Assembly (NCBI GenBank): GCA_011049425.1
Contig: DSBM01000141.1
Location: 62,969-126,968, forward strand
Length of the DNA: 64,000 bases
Direction of reading: 5' to 3'
Source: Candidatus Aminicenantes bacterium
GTDB lineage: Bacteria; Acidobacteriota; Aminicenantia; UBA2199
Part shown: one piece after another, positions 18,265-28,839 of the stretch
Layout: each line of letters opens with the position of its first letter
Position numbering within the stretch: position 1 is the stretch's first letter
Translations under genes and position numbers: made by a program
Notes under the pieces: generated by a model
What the model was told of the DNA's origin: nothing
Seen by the model: only the letters and a program-made list of their open reading frames with translations
Database searches by the model: none

Positions 18265-18579
18265 CTAAAAGGGCAGACCACCGGGGATACCCGGGATGCC
18301 CATGCCGCCCATTTGATTCTCAATCTCACTGTCCACCTTGGCCTGAGCATCGTTAACGGCCGCAATAATGAGGTCCTGAAGCATTTCCACATCTTCGGGA
18401 TCCACCACTTCCGGAGCGATGCGCAAGGATGTAATGGCTTTGTGACCGTTCATGTGCACCTGCACCATTCCACCACCCGCATTCCCCTCAACATCAAGAG
18501 CGTTCTTTTTCTCCTGTACTTCCTGAGCCATGCTCTGAGCCATCTGTATCATCTGGTTGATGTTCGGAATCTTGGCCAT
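18265..18579 (-). CDS. ybaB: Nucleoid-associated protein YbaB/EbfC
   Basis: 104 aa YbaB family ([37 protein letters not shown]). Confidence 0.85.
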   Translation of the reverse strand: MAKIPNINQMIQMAQSMAQEVQEKKNALDVEGNAGGGMVQVHMNGHKAITSLRIAPEVVDPEDVEMLQDLIIAAVNDAQAKVDSEIENQMGGMGIPGIPGGLPF

Positions 18580-20170
18580 CTCCTCCTCCTTGAATCTTGT
18601 CGACGCTGATCATCTGCGCCCGGATCTGTTCCGCCAGGTCCTTGATATTGCGATCACTGCGCATCTCTTTCTCGACTTCCGCGCGGGTGTCGCGGCCCAC
18701 GTCCACCAGAATGGGGAGGCGGCGGCGGTAGCGTTTGGCCAACGAGCGTTCGAGTACTTCGAGGTTGTCGTCAAGTACGGATTTCACATGGCCGTTGCCG
18801 CCGTCCACCACAACGCGGACGCGGTTGCCATCACACTCTACACTCGCCGCACGAATATGGGACGCCAGCCGGGGATTGTTTCTTTCCAGGTCTTCAATCC
18901 ACCAGACGCGTATGGTCTCTGCGCTGATATCAGGTACGTCCGCCTGGGGCTCTGCTTTTTTATCCCCTGAGAAACCGTTTCCGGCTTTTGCGGGCGGCAG
19001 ATCGGAAATAACTGAGTGGACAGGAGTTTCCCCTATCGATGCCTGCGTGTTCATTGCCCGAATGGCTTCTTCAATGGCAACAAGATCCGGGAAGTAAGAA
19101 AGCTTTAAAAACAGGTATTCCAGAATGATGCGCGGATTTTCCGTGTGCCGCACGGTCATTTCCATTTCCTTGGCGGCTTGAAAATAGCGCAAAAGTTCTT
19201 CTTCTTTAACAGCCGCGAGGATTTCACGAATCCGTGTCAGGTTCTCCGGATTGAGATTGTGCAAACTGCCCGGGTCCTCCATGCTGTGGACCACGATCAG
19301 GTCCCGCAGAAACTTCAGGTATTCCCCGTAGAAAAAGCGCAAATCGGCGCCACGCTCCACCAGCTCCTGCACGGACAGGATAATGTCCTTGCGACGGCGT
19401 TGCAACACGGCTTCGGTCAAGCGGATAAACAGTTCTTCTTCGATCACCCCCAGGATATCGACCACATCCTCGTCGCGCACATCTCCGTTGGACAAGGCTA
19501 TGGCCTGGTCCAGAACCTTTTTGGCATCACGCAGGCTGCCTTCGGATGAACGCGCAATCAGAAAAACGGCGTAATCGGATACTTTCACGCTCTCGCGTTT
19601 GCAGATTTCCCGCAACAGGCGCGCGATGACTTCAAAGGGAATGCGGCGAAACTCCAAATGCTGGCAGCGGGAAACAATGGTGGCGGGGATCTTGTGAAAA
19701 TCCGTGGTTGCCATGATAAAGTAGGTATGCTCCGGAGGTTCTTCAACGGTTTTCAATAACGCATTCCAGGCGGAATTCGACAACATGTGCACTTCATCGA
19801 TCACCACGACGCGATACCGGTTCTGCATCGGCTTGTACTTTACGGTTTCACGCAATCGACGTACCTCTTCCACGCCGTTGTTGGATGCACCGTCGATTTC
19901 AATATAATCCGACGACTGGTCCGCCGTGATTTCCCTGCAGAAGCGGCACTCATTGCAGGGCTCCCGGGAGGGTCCATTTTCACAATTCAACGCCTTGGCC
20001 AGAATACGGGCGGCGGACGTCTTGCCCACGCCTTTCATGCCGGAAAAGATCAGTGCCGGATAGAGTTTATCCATTTCCACGGCATTTTGAAGTGTTTTGA
20101 CCACGTGGGGCTGTCCGATCAGATCGCTGAAACGTTGGGGGCGGTATTTTCGTGCCAGTGCCAGGTACAT
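18494..20170 (-). CDS. dnaX: DNA polymerase III subunit gamma/tau
   Basis: AAA+ clamp-loader motifs ([16 protein letters not shown], zinc module [17 protein letters not shown]). The acidic/Gly-rich C-terminal tail overlaps the ybaB start. Confidence 0.85.
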   Translation of the reverse strand: MYLALARKYRPQRFSDLIGQPHVVKTLQNAVEMDKLYPALIFSGMKGVGKTSAARILAKALNCENGPSREPCNECRFCREITADQSSDYIEIDGASNNGVEEVRRLRETVKYKPMQNRYRVVVIDEVHMLSNSAWNALLKTVEEPPEHTYFIMATTDFHKIPATIVSRCQHLEFRRIPFEVIARLLREICKRESVKVSDYAVFLIARSSEGSLRDAKKVLDQAIALSNGDVRDEDVVDILGVIEEELFIRLTEAVLQRRRKDIILSVQELVERGADLRFFYGEYLKFLRDLIVVHSMEDPGSLHNLNPENLTRIREILAAVKEEELLRYFQAAKEMEMTVRHTENPRIILEYLFLKLSYFPDLVAIEEAIRAMNTQASIGETPVHSVISDLPPAKAGNGFSGDKKAEPQADVPDISAETIRVWWIEDLERNNPRLASHIRAASVECDGNRVRVVVDGGNGHVKSVLDDNLEVLERSLAKRYRRRLPILVDVGRDTRAEVEKEMRSDRNIKDLAEQIRAQMISVDKIQGGGDGQDSEHQPDDTDGSEHGSGSTGEKERS

Positions 20171-20243
20171 TGTCGTTTACGGTATCTTCATGATCACGTT
20201 GGCGTCACTGCGCGGCGATCTATGTCCAAATCCATGCCCAATC

Positions 20244-20340
20244 AAAAAAGAGATCCAGGAGATCCCGGTCACTTGCCGGATTCCCCTTAGTGCTGCTCCC
20301 TCTCGGGCCTGACACGGTTCAAGGCACGGCACCGCCAGGC
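20244..20340 (-). ncRNA. ffs: Signal recognition particle RNA (small 4.5S-type, ffs/scr) with intrinsic terminator
   Basis: Minus-strand reading: AGATCCAGGAGCC...GTGTCAGGCCCGAGAGGGAGCAGCAC...GGGATCTCCTGGATCT + CTTTTTTG. The domain-IV motif matches E. coli GGUCAGGUCCGGAAGGAAGCAGC, and the ends pair into a long helix. Sits upstream of dnaX, as scr does in Bacillus. Confidence 0.7.
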
Positions 20341-20371
20341 TCCTGGATCTCAAGAATGACATAGAGCGCAA

Positions 20372-20458
<87 letters not shown>

Positions 20459-20590
20459 GCAAAGAGGCATTGTAACCGGAAAACCCGTCAATTGCAATAG
20501 TCGGGAATACCTCGTTTACGGCTTTCAGCCGGCTTCATTTTCAAGCAAATGGTCCGTTCCCGGTGCTTCTGATTGTCTCTTCGGCTTTGA

Positions 20591-21403
20591 ATGGGTATAA
20601 TCACGTTGAAAGCCAACATGAAAAACCCGTTTCGATATATGGATGCCTACACCAGCCCGCAAACCGTTGCTCCCCGCTTTCCCAGTCTTTGTTTTTATCC
20701 CTGGTACATGCGGCTGATCTTTCGTTACCGCCGTGACGTGCGCCGCGGCGCCGCCGGTACGGGTTACTTTCCCGCACGTTCACTGGATGTGATTCGCCGC
20801 ATTGAACACTGCGGCGGCCGTTTCGTTGTGACCGGGCTGAATTACCTGCGTGAACGCTCCGGCCCCGCCGTGTTTGTTTCCAACCACATGAGTACACTGG
20901 AAACCATGGTCCTGCCCGGATTCATTCACTTGTTCATGCCGGTCACCTTCGTGGTTAAGGAATCACTGGTTAAAGGCCCTTTTTTCGGCCCCATCATGCG
21001 CTCGCGAGACCCCGTGGTAGTGACGCGACGCAATGCCCGCGCCGACCTGATCTCAGTGTTGCGTGACGGCAAACAGAAATTGAAAAACGGCATTTCCATC
21101 GTTCTTTTTCCGCAGGGAACACGTTCGCGGGCTTTTGATTCCCGGCAATTCAACACATTGGGAGTCAAACTGGCACGCAGTGCCGGAGTCCCCCTGATTC
21201 CCCTGGCATTAAAGACCGATTTTTGGGGCAACGGCTTGCTGATACGACCGCTGGGCAAACTGCATCCGCAGCGCACCATCTTTATGGCCTTCGCGTCCCC
21301 ATTGGACTCGACTTTGGAATCCGCGCGAATGCACGAACAGACCCTGTTCCATATCCGCAGCCACCTGCGCGATTGGGGATTGCCCCCCACCCGCATTCGC
21401 TAA
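20591..21403 (+). CDS. Lysophospholipid (1-acyl-sn-glycerol-3-phosphate) acyltransferase family protein
   Basis: LPLAT motifs (FVSNHMSTLE; FPQGTRS). The start may be the internal ATG near 20618. Confidence 0.75.
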   Translation: MGIITLKANMKNPFRYMDAYTSPQTVAPRFPSLCFYPWYMRLIFRYRRDVRRGAAGTGYFPARSLDVIRRIEHCGGRFVVTGLNYLRERSGPAVFVSNHMSTLETMVLPGFIHLFMPVTFVVKESLVKGPFFGPIMRSRDPVVVTRRNARADLISVLRDGKQKLKNGISIVLFPQGTRSRAFDSRQFNTLGVKLARSAGVPLIPLALKTDFWGNGLLIRPLGKLHPQRTIFMAFASPLDSTLESARMHEQTLFHIRSHLRDWGLPPTRIR

Positions 21404-22284
21404 AGCCCGTTCCCGCTTCGCGGATGGTTGATGTCGCAGAGAAAGGCATTCAGGATGCCCTCCCGGCCGGCGCCAACCGCGGGAAACTCCCGATGCATTT
21501 CCTCGGGTGCATCCCATGTCACCGCCGCGCTGCCCATGCTCCGCAACATGTCCAAATCATTGTAATCATTGCCCAGAGCGGCAGTGGCTTTGCGTGTAAT
21601 CCCCAATCGCCGACACAACTCTTCTATGCCGGATGCTTTGGATACGCCCCGGGGCATGAGTTCGATCCACATGGAGCGGTTGTCCAACGGCGAGGTGGCA
21701 CGGATCACATGACAACGGGAGCCCAGAATGCAACGCAGCCGGTTCAGGCGGTTTCGCAGCGGCGGCATGATCACAATGAACTGCGATACGCCCACCCCCA
21801 ATCCGTTCAGACTCTGCGGACGCATGCAGGCGAAGCCCCGATAGCGACGCAAGCGCAGTGAAAAATCGCTTTTTTCATTCATAAATCTGCGGTACCAGAA
21901 CCAGTGGTTGTGGGGCACACGGCGATGAATCATGTGATTCCAGCGCCGCCGATCCAGAACCTGCATGATTTCTTTTGTACGCCCCAACGCCATACCGGCC
22001 TGGTAAATCAGCCGCTGTTGCGGCCAATCCATGATTCCCGCTCCGGATGAAAACACAATGTGATCCACGGGGAAATCAGTGGGTACCACTTTGCGCAAAG
22101 AGTGGAGATTTCGCCCGGTGGCAATGACGCGTTTGATCCCCATGCGCCCCAATTCATTCAAGACTTGAATGTCCCGGTCATGGAACCGCTGATCGCGGGG
22201 CAACAACGTACCATCCAGATCGGTAATCAGCATGGACAATTTTGGCCGAATGGGAAGATTCGCGTTATCCGTAATGTTTATCAA
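21400..22284 (-). CDS. HAD-superfamily hydrolase, Cof-like (subfamily IIB)
   Basis: DLDGTLL motif I, ...ATGR..., C-terminal GNDYNDLDML motif. Convergent 4-nt overlap with the acyltransferase. Confidence 0.75.
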   Translation of the reverse strand: MINITDNANLPIRPKLSMLITDLDGTLLPRDQRFHDRDIQVLNELGRMGIKRVIATGRNLHSLRKVVPTDFPVDHIVFSSGAGIMDWPQQRLIYQAGMALGRTKEIMQVLDRRRWNHMIHRRVPHNHWFWYRRFMNEKSDFSLRLRRYRGFACMRPQSLNGLGVGVSQFIVIMPPLRNRLNRLRCILGSRCHVIRATSPLDNRSMWIELMPRGVSKASGIEELCRRLGITRKATAALGNDYNDLDMLRSMGSAAVTWDAPEEMHREFPAVGAGREGILNAFLCDINHPRSGNGL

Positions 22285-22440
22285 GAAGTCATCCTGTGTA
22301 AAACCTTTAGATCGCGATACGAATTAGATTGTATCAATGTTGACGTGAGGGCTCAATGATGATGAGTTGGAAAGTTGGAGGGTTGGAGAAGAAATACGAG
22401 TGAAAAGTTGAAAGTCGAAAGAAAAAACTTTAAAAACTTT

Positions 22441-24528
22441 TCAATGCAGGTCGCGGCGGTCACGTGCCCTTTTCTCTTCCAGGATCTTTTCCTCTATGGT
22501 GCGCGGCAAGGGATTGTAGTTCAGAAACTCCATGGAATAGTTGGCCCGCCCACTTGACAAAGTCCGCAGTACGGAGGCATACCCGAACATCTCCATCAAG
22601 GGAACCCTGCCCGACAATTTCTGTGAACCCTTGCGGTAACGGCGCATGTTGTCGATGCGTCCGCGACGACGGTTGATGTCACCAATGATATCGCCCATGA
22701 ATTCATCCGGGGTGTTTATTTCGATTTTCATCATCGGCTCCAACAATTGGGCGCCGGCCTTTTTTACCGCCTGCTTCAATGCCTGCTGGGTACATGCGCG
22801 AAACGCCATCTCGCTGGAGTCCACAGCGTGGTACGACCCGTCTGTGAGAACAAAACGCACATTCACCATGGGATATCCGGCCAGCAGTCCTTTGGCCATT
22901 GTATCCACAAAAGCGCGTTCCACCGCCGGAATGTATTCCCGGGGGATATTGCCGCCCTTGACATGGTCCACGAATTCCAGTCCGCCCTCTTCTTTGGGCT
23001 CAAGCCGGAATTCCACGTGGGCATATTGACCGTGCCCGCCGGTCTGCTTTTTAAACTTGTGTGCGTGGCTGACTTCGCGGGTAATGGTTTCCCGGAAAGC
23101 CACCGCGGGTTCTCCCACTTCCACGTCAACCTTGTGCTCCGTGCGCAGGCGATCCACAACGACCTCCAGGTGCAACTCCCCCATGCCGGAAACCACGCTT
23201 TCCCCGGTTTCATCATCAAAGCGCACGCGGAACGAAGGGTCTTCCATGGACATCTTGTTCAGGGCCACGGCCATGCGATCGCGGTCCTTCTGAGTAACCG
23301 GCTCGATTTTCATATCCAGCACGGTGTCGGGCGTATGAATGGCCTCCAACAGGATGGGATGGTCCTCACTGCACAAGGTGTTGCCCGTCATGGTGGACTT
23401 CATGCCGATCAGGGCGCCGATCGATCCTGCGCCCAGGACCTCGACATCTTCACGCTTGCTGGCGTGAATGCGCATGATACGCCCCACTCTTTCCCGCTTG
23501 GCCGTGGTTGAGTTGTAGACGTAGGATCCCGCTTTCAATTCACCCGAATAGACACGGATAAAGGTCTGTTGACCCACGAAGTTGTCGTTGATGATTTTAA
23601 ACGCCAGGGCCGAGAAAGGCCGGTTGGATGCGGGCTTGCGACTTAACGTCTTGACCGGGTCCACCGGATCATGACCCAGGATGATGCCCCGGTCAATGGG
23701 AGAGGGCAGGTAGTCCACCAAAGCATCCAGTAAAAGCTGGATTCCCTTGTTTTTAAAAGCGGATCCGCAGAAAACCGGAGTAATCAACAGGTTCAGCACC
23801 GCGTGCCGAGCGGCGGCACGAATATCTTCCGCTGCGATTTCCTCCTCGTTGAGAAATTTTTCCATGAGCGCATCGCTGAAATCGGCCAGGGTTTCCACCA
23901 ACCGTTCTCTCATCTTGAACGCGGTTTCCCGATATGTCTCAGGTATCGGCACCTCGTGGCGTTCAAGACCGGAGTATTCATGCGCCGTGAGGCTTACCAG
24001 ATCGATGATGCCGTAAAAATCGAGCTCACTGCCCATGGGGAGCTGGAAAGCAATGGCGTTGGCATCCAGCATTTCGTTCATCATGTCGATGGTTTGCAGC
24101 AGGTCAGCACCCTGCCGGTCCATCTTGTTGACAAAGGCGATGCGGGGCACCTTGTAGCGATCCGCCTGGTGCCATACCGTCTCGCTCTGGGGTTCCACTC
24201 CGCCCACGCCGCAGAACACCATGATAATGCCATCCAGCACGCGCAGGGACCGTTCCACTTCCAGGGTAAAATCGATGTGCCCCGGCGTATCGATGATGTT
24301 GATGGTGTGGTCGTTCCAGAAAGTCGTGATGGCCGCGGATGAAATCGTGATTCCACGTTCCTGTTCCTGCTTCATGAAATCCATCACCGCCTGCCCGTCA
24401 TGGACCTCCCCCATCTTGCGCGTGCGCCCCGTAAAAAAGAGCATGCGCTCCGTGGTGGTGGTCTTGCCGGCGTCGATATGGGCGACAATACCGATATTGC
24501 GGATCTTCTGTATCCTGGGTGTGTCCAT
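22441..24528 (-). CDS. fusA: Elongation factor G family GTPase (standalone copy outside an rpsL-rpsG-fusA-tuf operon; EF-G2-like)
   Basis: 695 aa. G domain ([24 protein letters not shown]) plus EF-G domains II-V. Confidence 0.85.
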   Translation of the reverse strand: MDTPRIQKIRNIGIVAHIDAGKTTTTERMLFFTGRTRKMGEVHDGQAVMDFMKQEQERGITISSAAITTFWNDHTINIIDTPGHIDFTLEVERSLRVLDGIIMVFCGVGGVEPQSETVWHQADRYKVPRIAFVNKMDRQGADLLQTIDMMNEMLDANAIAFQLPMGSELDFYGIIDLVSLTAHEYSGLERHEVPIPETYRETAFKMRERLVETLADFSDALMEKFLNEEEIAAEDIRAAARHAVLNLLITPVFCGSAFKNKGIQLLLDALVDYLPSPIDRGIILGHDPVDPVKTLSRKPASNRPFSALAFKIINDNFVGQQTFIRVYSGELKAGSYVYNSTTAKRERVGRIMRIHASKREDVEVLGAGSIGALIGMKSTMTGNTLCSEDHPILLEAIHTPDTVLDMKIEPVTQKDRDRMAVALNKMSMEDPSFRVRFDDETGESVVSGMGELHLEVVVDRLRTEHKVDVEVGEPAVAFRETITREVSHAHKFKKQTGGHGQYAHVEFRLEPKEEGGLEFVDHVKGGNIPREYIPAVERAFVDTMAKGLLAGYPMVNVRFVLTDGSYHAVDSSEMAFRACTQQALKQAVKKAGAQLLEPMMKIEINTPDEFMGDIIGDINRRRGRIDNMRRYRKGSQKLSGRVPLMEMFGYASVLRTLSSGRANYSMEFLNYNPLPRTIEEKILEEKRARDRRDLH

Positions 24529-24693
24529 TTATGTTTTTCTCCTGGTCCAGCCCTGTTGCTTGAAACTCGATTCAGCCGCCACGGGAAAACGATTCAAAAG
24601 ATCAATTCTCCGAATGGGGGGAAGAGGGGGAAACCGTGTTCCAACCGCTGAATTATACCAGATTCAAGCAGAAGAGTAAACCGGAAGAAGGGA

Positions 24694-25140
24694 TTATTCC
24701 CCGCGTTGCCCAACACGCGGCAATCCCCGGCGAATAATCAGCAAGGCGGGGATCAGGAGCAGCAGGTCGCGAACAATCAGCTCGATCATTCCGCCAGTGT
24801 GCGTGCCAGCCGTGGTGGTAAAACAGCCGCAATCAATGCTCAAGCCGCGAAGCAGGTTAATTCCCAGCGCGGCGACAAAAACCAGCAAGAGGCCGCCCAA
24901 CAGCAACGCGGCGCCTTGAGCAAACACACCGGCAATCAGGAATATCCCCGCCAAGAGTTCCAGCCAAGGCAGCCAGACAGCCAGGGGGTGGATCATCCAG
25001 GCGGGAATCAGCTGGTAATTGTATAGAATGTCGGCGAAAGCGGCGGGATGTGCGATCTTGTCCAGGCTGGCGTAGATAAAAACACCTCCCAGAAGCAGGC
25101 GGCATACCATCAGGGTCCATTTCCATGTTCGGGTTGTCAC
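24694..25140 (-). CDS. MauE/DoxX-family integral membrane protein
   Basis: 148 aa, four TM helices, CGCF motif typical of MauE/DoxX. 4-nt overlap with the upstream rhodanese gene. Confidence 0.6.
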   Translation of the reverse strand: MTTRTWKWTLMVCRLLLGGVFIYASLDKIAHPAAFADILYNYQLIPAWMIHPLAVWLPWLELLAGIFLIAGVFAQGAALLLGGLLLVFVAALGINLLRGLSIDCGCFTTTAGTHTGGMIELIVRDLLLLIPALLIIRRGLPRVGQRGE

Positions 25141-25637
25141 TTCATGCCTCCCGGGAGTTCAATCCTGTTTCCAGCGGCGCGCCAGCCCTCGATCCCGCCA
25201 TCATAGACCATTACGTCGTGTATCCCCCTGTCTTGCAGCCAGGAAGCCAGAAAAGCCGAATCCAGGCACTCCGGGTCGATGCAATACGTCACTACGGTGA
25301 GACCGGCATTCAGTTCATCCTGAAACTCATCGTAAGCGGACTCTTTGCGGCTGAGCGGCAGGTTCCGCGCTCCGGGGATGTGTCCAATCCGGTAAGCCGA
25401 TTCTTCCCTGGCATCCACCAGCAGCACCATGTCCGCTTCCATCAACGCTTTCAGGGTATCCAGGTCGATCCTTGAGATATCGCGCAAAACGGCTTGCTCA
25501 ACCTCAGGCTGCGGCTGATAGGCGGTGGCCAAGGGCAAGCCCTGATTGCGCAGGGCGTTGACCACCAGGGCGACCACCAGGCCGGCAACAAGGATCAAGA
25601 GCGTTTCGAGCAGAGTGCGACTGACAAAACGTTTCAT
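25137..25637 (-). CDS. Rhodanese-domain protein with N-terminal signal/anchor
   Basis: Rhodanese fold with active-site loop (VVTYCIDPECLDS...) and an N-terminal hydrophobic helix. Confidence 0.75.
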   Translation of the reverse strand: MKRFVSRTLLETLLILVAGLVVALVVNALRNQGLPLATAYQPQPEVEQAVLRDISRIDLDTLKALMEADMVLLVDAREESAYRIGHIPGARNLPLSRKESAYDEFQDELNAGLTVVTYCIDPECLDSAFLASWLQDRGIHDVMVYDGGIEGWRAAGNRIELPGGMK

Positions 25638-25740
25638 ATCAGACCATATTCTACGGTACCATCCGGATCATGTCAAACGGTACATCCAGCCCGGCCGATC
25701 GAGGTATGGGAGAACCCATACCTCGACCGCGCTTGTTTAC

Positions 25741-28700
25741 TCAGCTTTTCAGGACGTTGATTTCTTTTTTGGGCACGCGGGAGAAGTAGGTGTAGAGGAT
25801 GGGAACCACGAACAGGGTGAGCAGGGTCGATGCCAGCAGCCCGCCGATCAGGGCGATGGCCATGGGCGAACGCATGGCTGAGCCTTCGCTTGTGGACAGG
25901 GCCATGGGCAGCATGCCCAGGATGGTCGACAGGGCGGTAATGAGAATGGGGCGCAACCGCACCACCGCTCCCTCGATGACGGATTCCAACGTATCTGCGC
26001 CTTCGCGGATCAATTGATTGATGTAGTCTACCATCACGATGCCGTTGTTGACCACGATGCCGGCCAGCATTACAAAGCCCATGATGGAAGGCAGGTTGAC
26101 GTTTTTTCCGGTAAGGGCCAACAGCACGGCGGTTCCGATAAACGCCAGCGGAATGGTAAACATGATGATAAAGGGGTACTTGAAGTTCTCGAACTGGGAC
26201 GCCATGACCGCATACACCAGCACCACGGCCAGCAACAGGGCCAGCAGCATGGTGGAAAACGCTTCTTTCATATCCTTGAACTGGCCGCCCATCTCTGAAA
26301 AATAGCCTTCCGGCAGGTTGCCGATAATGGGACCGGCCGCTGCCATGATGTCGCCTACCACCCGGGTCAGATCCCGGTCAACGTAGTTGGCGGTAACACT
26401 GACTTTGCGTACCTGGTTCTCGCGGTTGATGCGCACAGGGCCGGTAGAACGTACGAAATCGGCCACTTGGCCCAGGTAGACTTTGCCGCCCGCGGGGGTC
26501 ATGATGGGCAAACCGCGCAAGTTGTCTACTGTGGCCCGGTCGTGTTTACGAATGCGTACGCGGATATCGCGTTCCTCGCCTTTCAGGTGCATGCGACTGG
26601 CCACGGTGCCAATGGTCATGGCGCGTACCTGGCTGGAAACATCGAAAGGCGTCAGGCCCAGGCGTGACAGTTCTTCTTTTCTGAGCAACAAGCGCATCTC
26701 GGGTTTGCGTTCCTCCATACTGGTCTGCACGTCGCGAATCCCTTCGACATTTTTAATGGCATCGGCCACACGATGGGTCAGGGAATCCAGAACATCCAGA
26801 TCACGCCCGAAAAAGGCAAACTCAATGGGGCTGGTTGAAGTGCCCATCATGGCGGAGCCCATGTTGATCGATTGCACGCGGCCTTTTTCCAGGTCCGGGA
26901 AATGACGCCGCCACTCCTCCAGGATCTGTTGGTCCGAAATATCCCGTTCACTGCTGGTCTTCAGGAAAGCAAATAAGATCGCTTCGTGTGAACCTGCAGC
27001 GCTCATTTCCGAGGCGCCGCCGCTCTCACTGTCATCCGCCCCGACCTGGACCATGGTGGAGATCACATTCGAATCCTTGATGGCCTGTGATTCCACGTAC
27101 CGGATCACGCGATCGGTCTCGGCAAGGTTCGTGCCGACGGGCATACTGACTTTGAGCAGAATCATATTCTGATCACTCTGGGGCATGAACTCACCGCCGA
27201 GATTTGCCGCTAGAACAATAGACAACGCGAGCAGAATCACGGTGGAAACAACCACAATGCGCCGGCGGCCCAGGGCCCAGCGCAACCGGACGCGGTACCA
27301 TTCCCTGGCCTTGGCAAAGTGTTTGCGGCCCAGGTCAACGGTTTTGCTGCCGGTGCCATGGCCGGTTTTAAACAGCCATGAAGCCAACAACGGGATAATG
27401 GTCAGGGCCACAAAGAGTGATGCCAGCAGAGAAAAAGACACCGCCACGGCCAGTTCCCGCGACATTTCCCCCGACATGCCTTGCGAAAGCGCCATGGGGA
27501 AAAACACGGCGATGGTGGTCAGGGTGGAGGCGATGATGGCAGTGCCCACTTCCGAGGTGCCGATGCGGGCCGAATCAAAGGGAGACTTCCCGGCTTCAAG
27601 GTGACGGAAGATGTTTTCAATCACCACCACGGCGTTGTCCACCAGCATGCCCACCCCCACAGCCAGGCCGCCCAGTGTGATCAGATTCAGGGTGAACCCG
27701 GACAGGTACAGGGCGATAAAGGTAACGATTACGGAAAGGGGAATGGCGATGCCGATGGCGATGGTGGGCCGCAGATTGCGCAGGAAAAGAAAGATCAGCA
27801 ACATGGCCAGGATGCCGCCCACAACAACCGTATTGGCACTCTTGCTGACCATGCGCTCGATGATATCGGAAAAATCCATGCCGATGGAAAATTTCAGGTC
27901 CGGATCCAGCGTGGGCTTGATCTCTTCAAGGGCCTGCTTGACACGCCTGGCCACAAGCACGGTGTTGGCGCCGGAGCTTTTTGTAACAATGGCGTGAACG
28001 CCTTTGGTGCCCTGCACGCGTGCCAGGTTGCGGATCTCCTTGTGGGTCTCTTTTACCGTAGCGATATCTCGCAGGAATACCGGTTCACCGCGGCGTCCGG
28101 CACCCACCATCACCCCGCCGATCTCTTCAACCCTTTTGAACTCACCCAGGGTGCGGATGAGATATTCACCGTGACGTTCATCGATATAGCCGGATGGCAG
28201 GTTGATATTGGACGCCTGGATGGCAGCCACTACCTGGGTGATGGACAACCTGCGGGATTCGAGCTTACCCTTTTCCACGTTGACCAGTACTTCCATCTCT
28301 TCCGGAGAAAACACCACTACCGAAGCCACTCCGTCCAGCCTTTCCAGGCGCGTGGCAACCTCCTCATCGATGTAATCCTTCAGGTCAATCAGGTCGCGTT
28401 TGCCTCCGGTAATGCCATACATCAGGATGGGCATATCGGCGAAATTAAACTTCACCACCATGGGTTGACCGGCATCCGTGGGCAGGTATCGCTGAAACTG
28501 GCCGATGCGGTCACGGATATCCTGGGCGGCAAAATCCAGGTTTGTTCCCGATTCAAACTCCACCATGATGGTGGAAATCCCTTCCTGCGATATCGAGTTC
28601 AATTGCTTGACGTTGCTGACCGTGGCGATCCATTGTTCCATCGGACGGGTGACGCTTTCCTCGATATCTTCCGAAGATACCCCGGAATAAGAAGTCACCA

Positions 28701-28839
28701 CCGAAACGTAGGGGCTGTCGATATCCGGCAGCATATCGAGACCCAGTCCGGAAAAAGCCATATAGCCGAAAATCAGGATCACCGCCACCACCATGGTTAC
28801 CGTGACCCTGTGGCGCAATGAGAATTCAACGATCTTCAT
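25741..28839 (-). CDS. RND multidrug efflux permease (HAE1/AcrB family)
   Basis: 1032 aa, 12 TM helices, two large periplasmic loops, AcrB-like throughout. Confidence 0.9.
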   Translation of the reverse strand: MKIVEFSLRHRVTVTMVVAVILIFGYMAFSGLGLDMLPDIDSPYVSVVTSYSGVSSEDIEESVTRPMEQWIATVSNVKQLNSISQEGISTIMVEFESGTNLDFAAQDIRDRIGQFQRYLPTDAGQPMVVKFNFADMPILMYGITGGKRDLIDLKDYIDEEVATRLERLDGVASVVVFSPEEMEVLVNVEKGKLESRRLSITQVVAAIQASNINLPSGYIDERHGEYLIRTLGEFKRVEEIGGVMVGAGRRGEPVFLRDIATVKETHKEIRNLARVQGTKGVHAIVTKSSGANTVLVARRVKQALEEIKPTLDPDLKFSIGMDFSDIIERMVSKSANTVVVGGILAMLLIFLFLRNLRPTIAIGIAIPLSVIVTFIALYLSGFTLNLITLGGLAVGVGMLVDNAVVVIENIFRHLEAGKSPFDSARIGTSEVGTAIIASTLTTIAVFFPMALSQGMSGEMSRELAVAVSFSLLASLFVALTIIPLLASWLFKTGHGTGSKTVDLGRKHFAKAREWYRVRLRWALGRRRIVVVSTVILLALSIVLAANLGGEFMPQSDQNMILLKVSMPVGTNLAETDRVIRYVESQAIKDSNVISTMVQVGADDSESGGASEMSAAGSHEAILFAFLKTSSERDISDQQILEEWRRHFPDLEKGRVQSINMGSAMMGTSTSPIEFAFFGRDLDVLDSLTHRVADAIKNVEGIRDVQTSMEERKPEMRLLLRKEELSRLGLTPFDVSSQVRAMTIGTVASRMHLKGEERDIRVRIRKHDRATVDNLRGLPIMTPAGGKVYLGQVADFVRSTGPVRINRENQVRKVSVTANYVDRDLTRVVGDIMAAAGPIIGNLPEGYFSEMGGQFKDMKEAFSTMLLALLLAVVLVYAVMASQFENFKYPFIIMFTIPLAFIGTAVLLALTGKNVNLPSIMGFVMLAGIVVNNGIVMVDYINQLIREGADTLESVIEGAVVRLRPILITALSTILGMLPMALSTSEGSAMRSPMAIALIGGLLASTLLTLFVVPILYTYFSRVPKKEINVLKS

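Noticed and set aside
22747-24342. Plus-strand ORFs of 254 and 179 aa
   Set aside because: They are antisense within fusA.
27481-28821. 446-aa plus-strand ORF
   Set aside because: It is antisense inside the RND permease gene. The composition is repetitive His/Gly/Asp with no domain resemblance.
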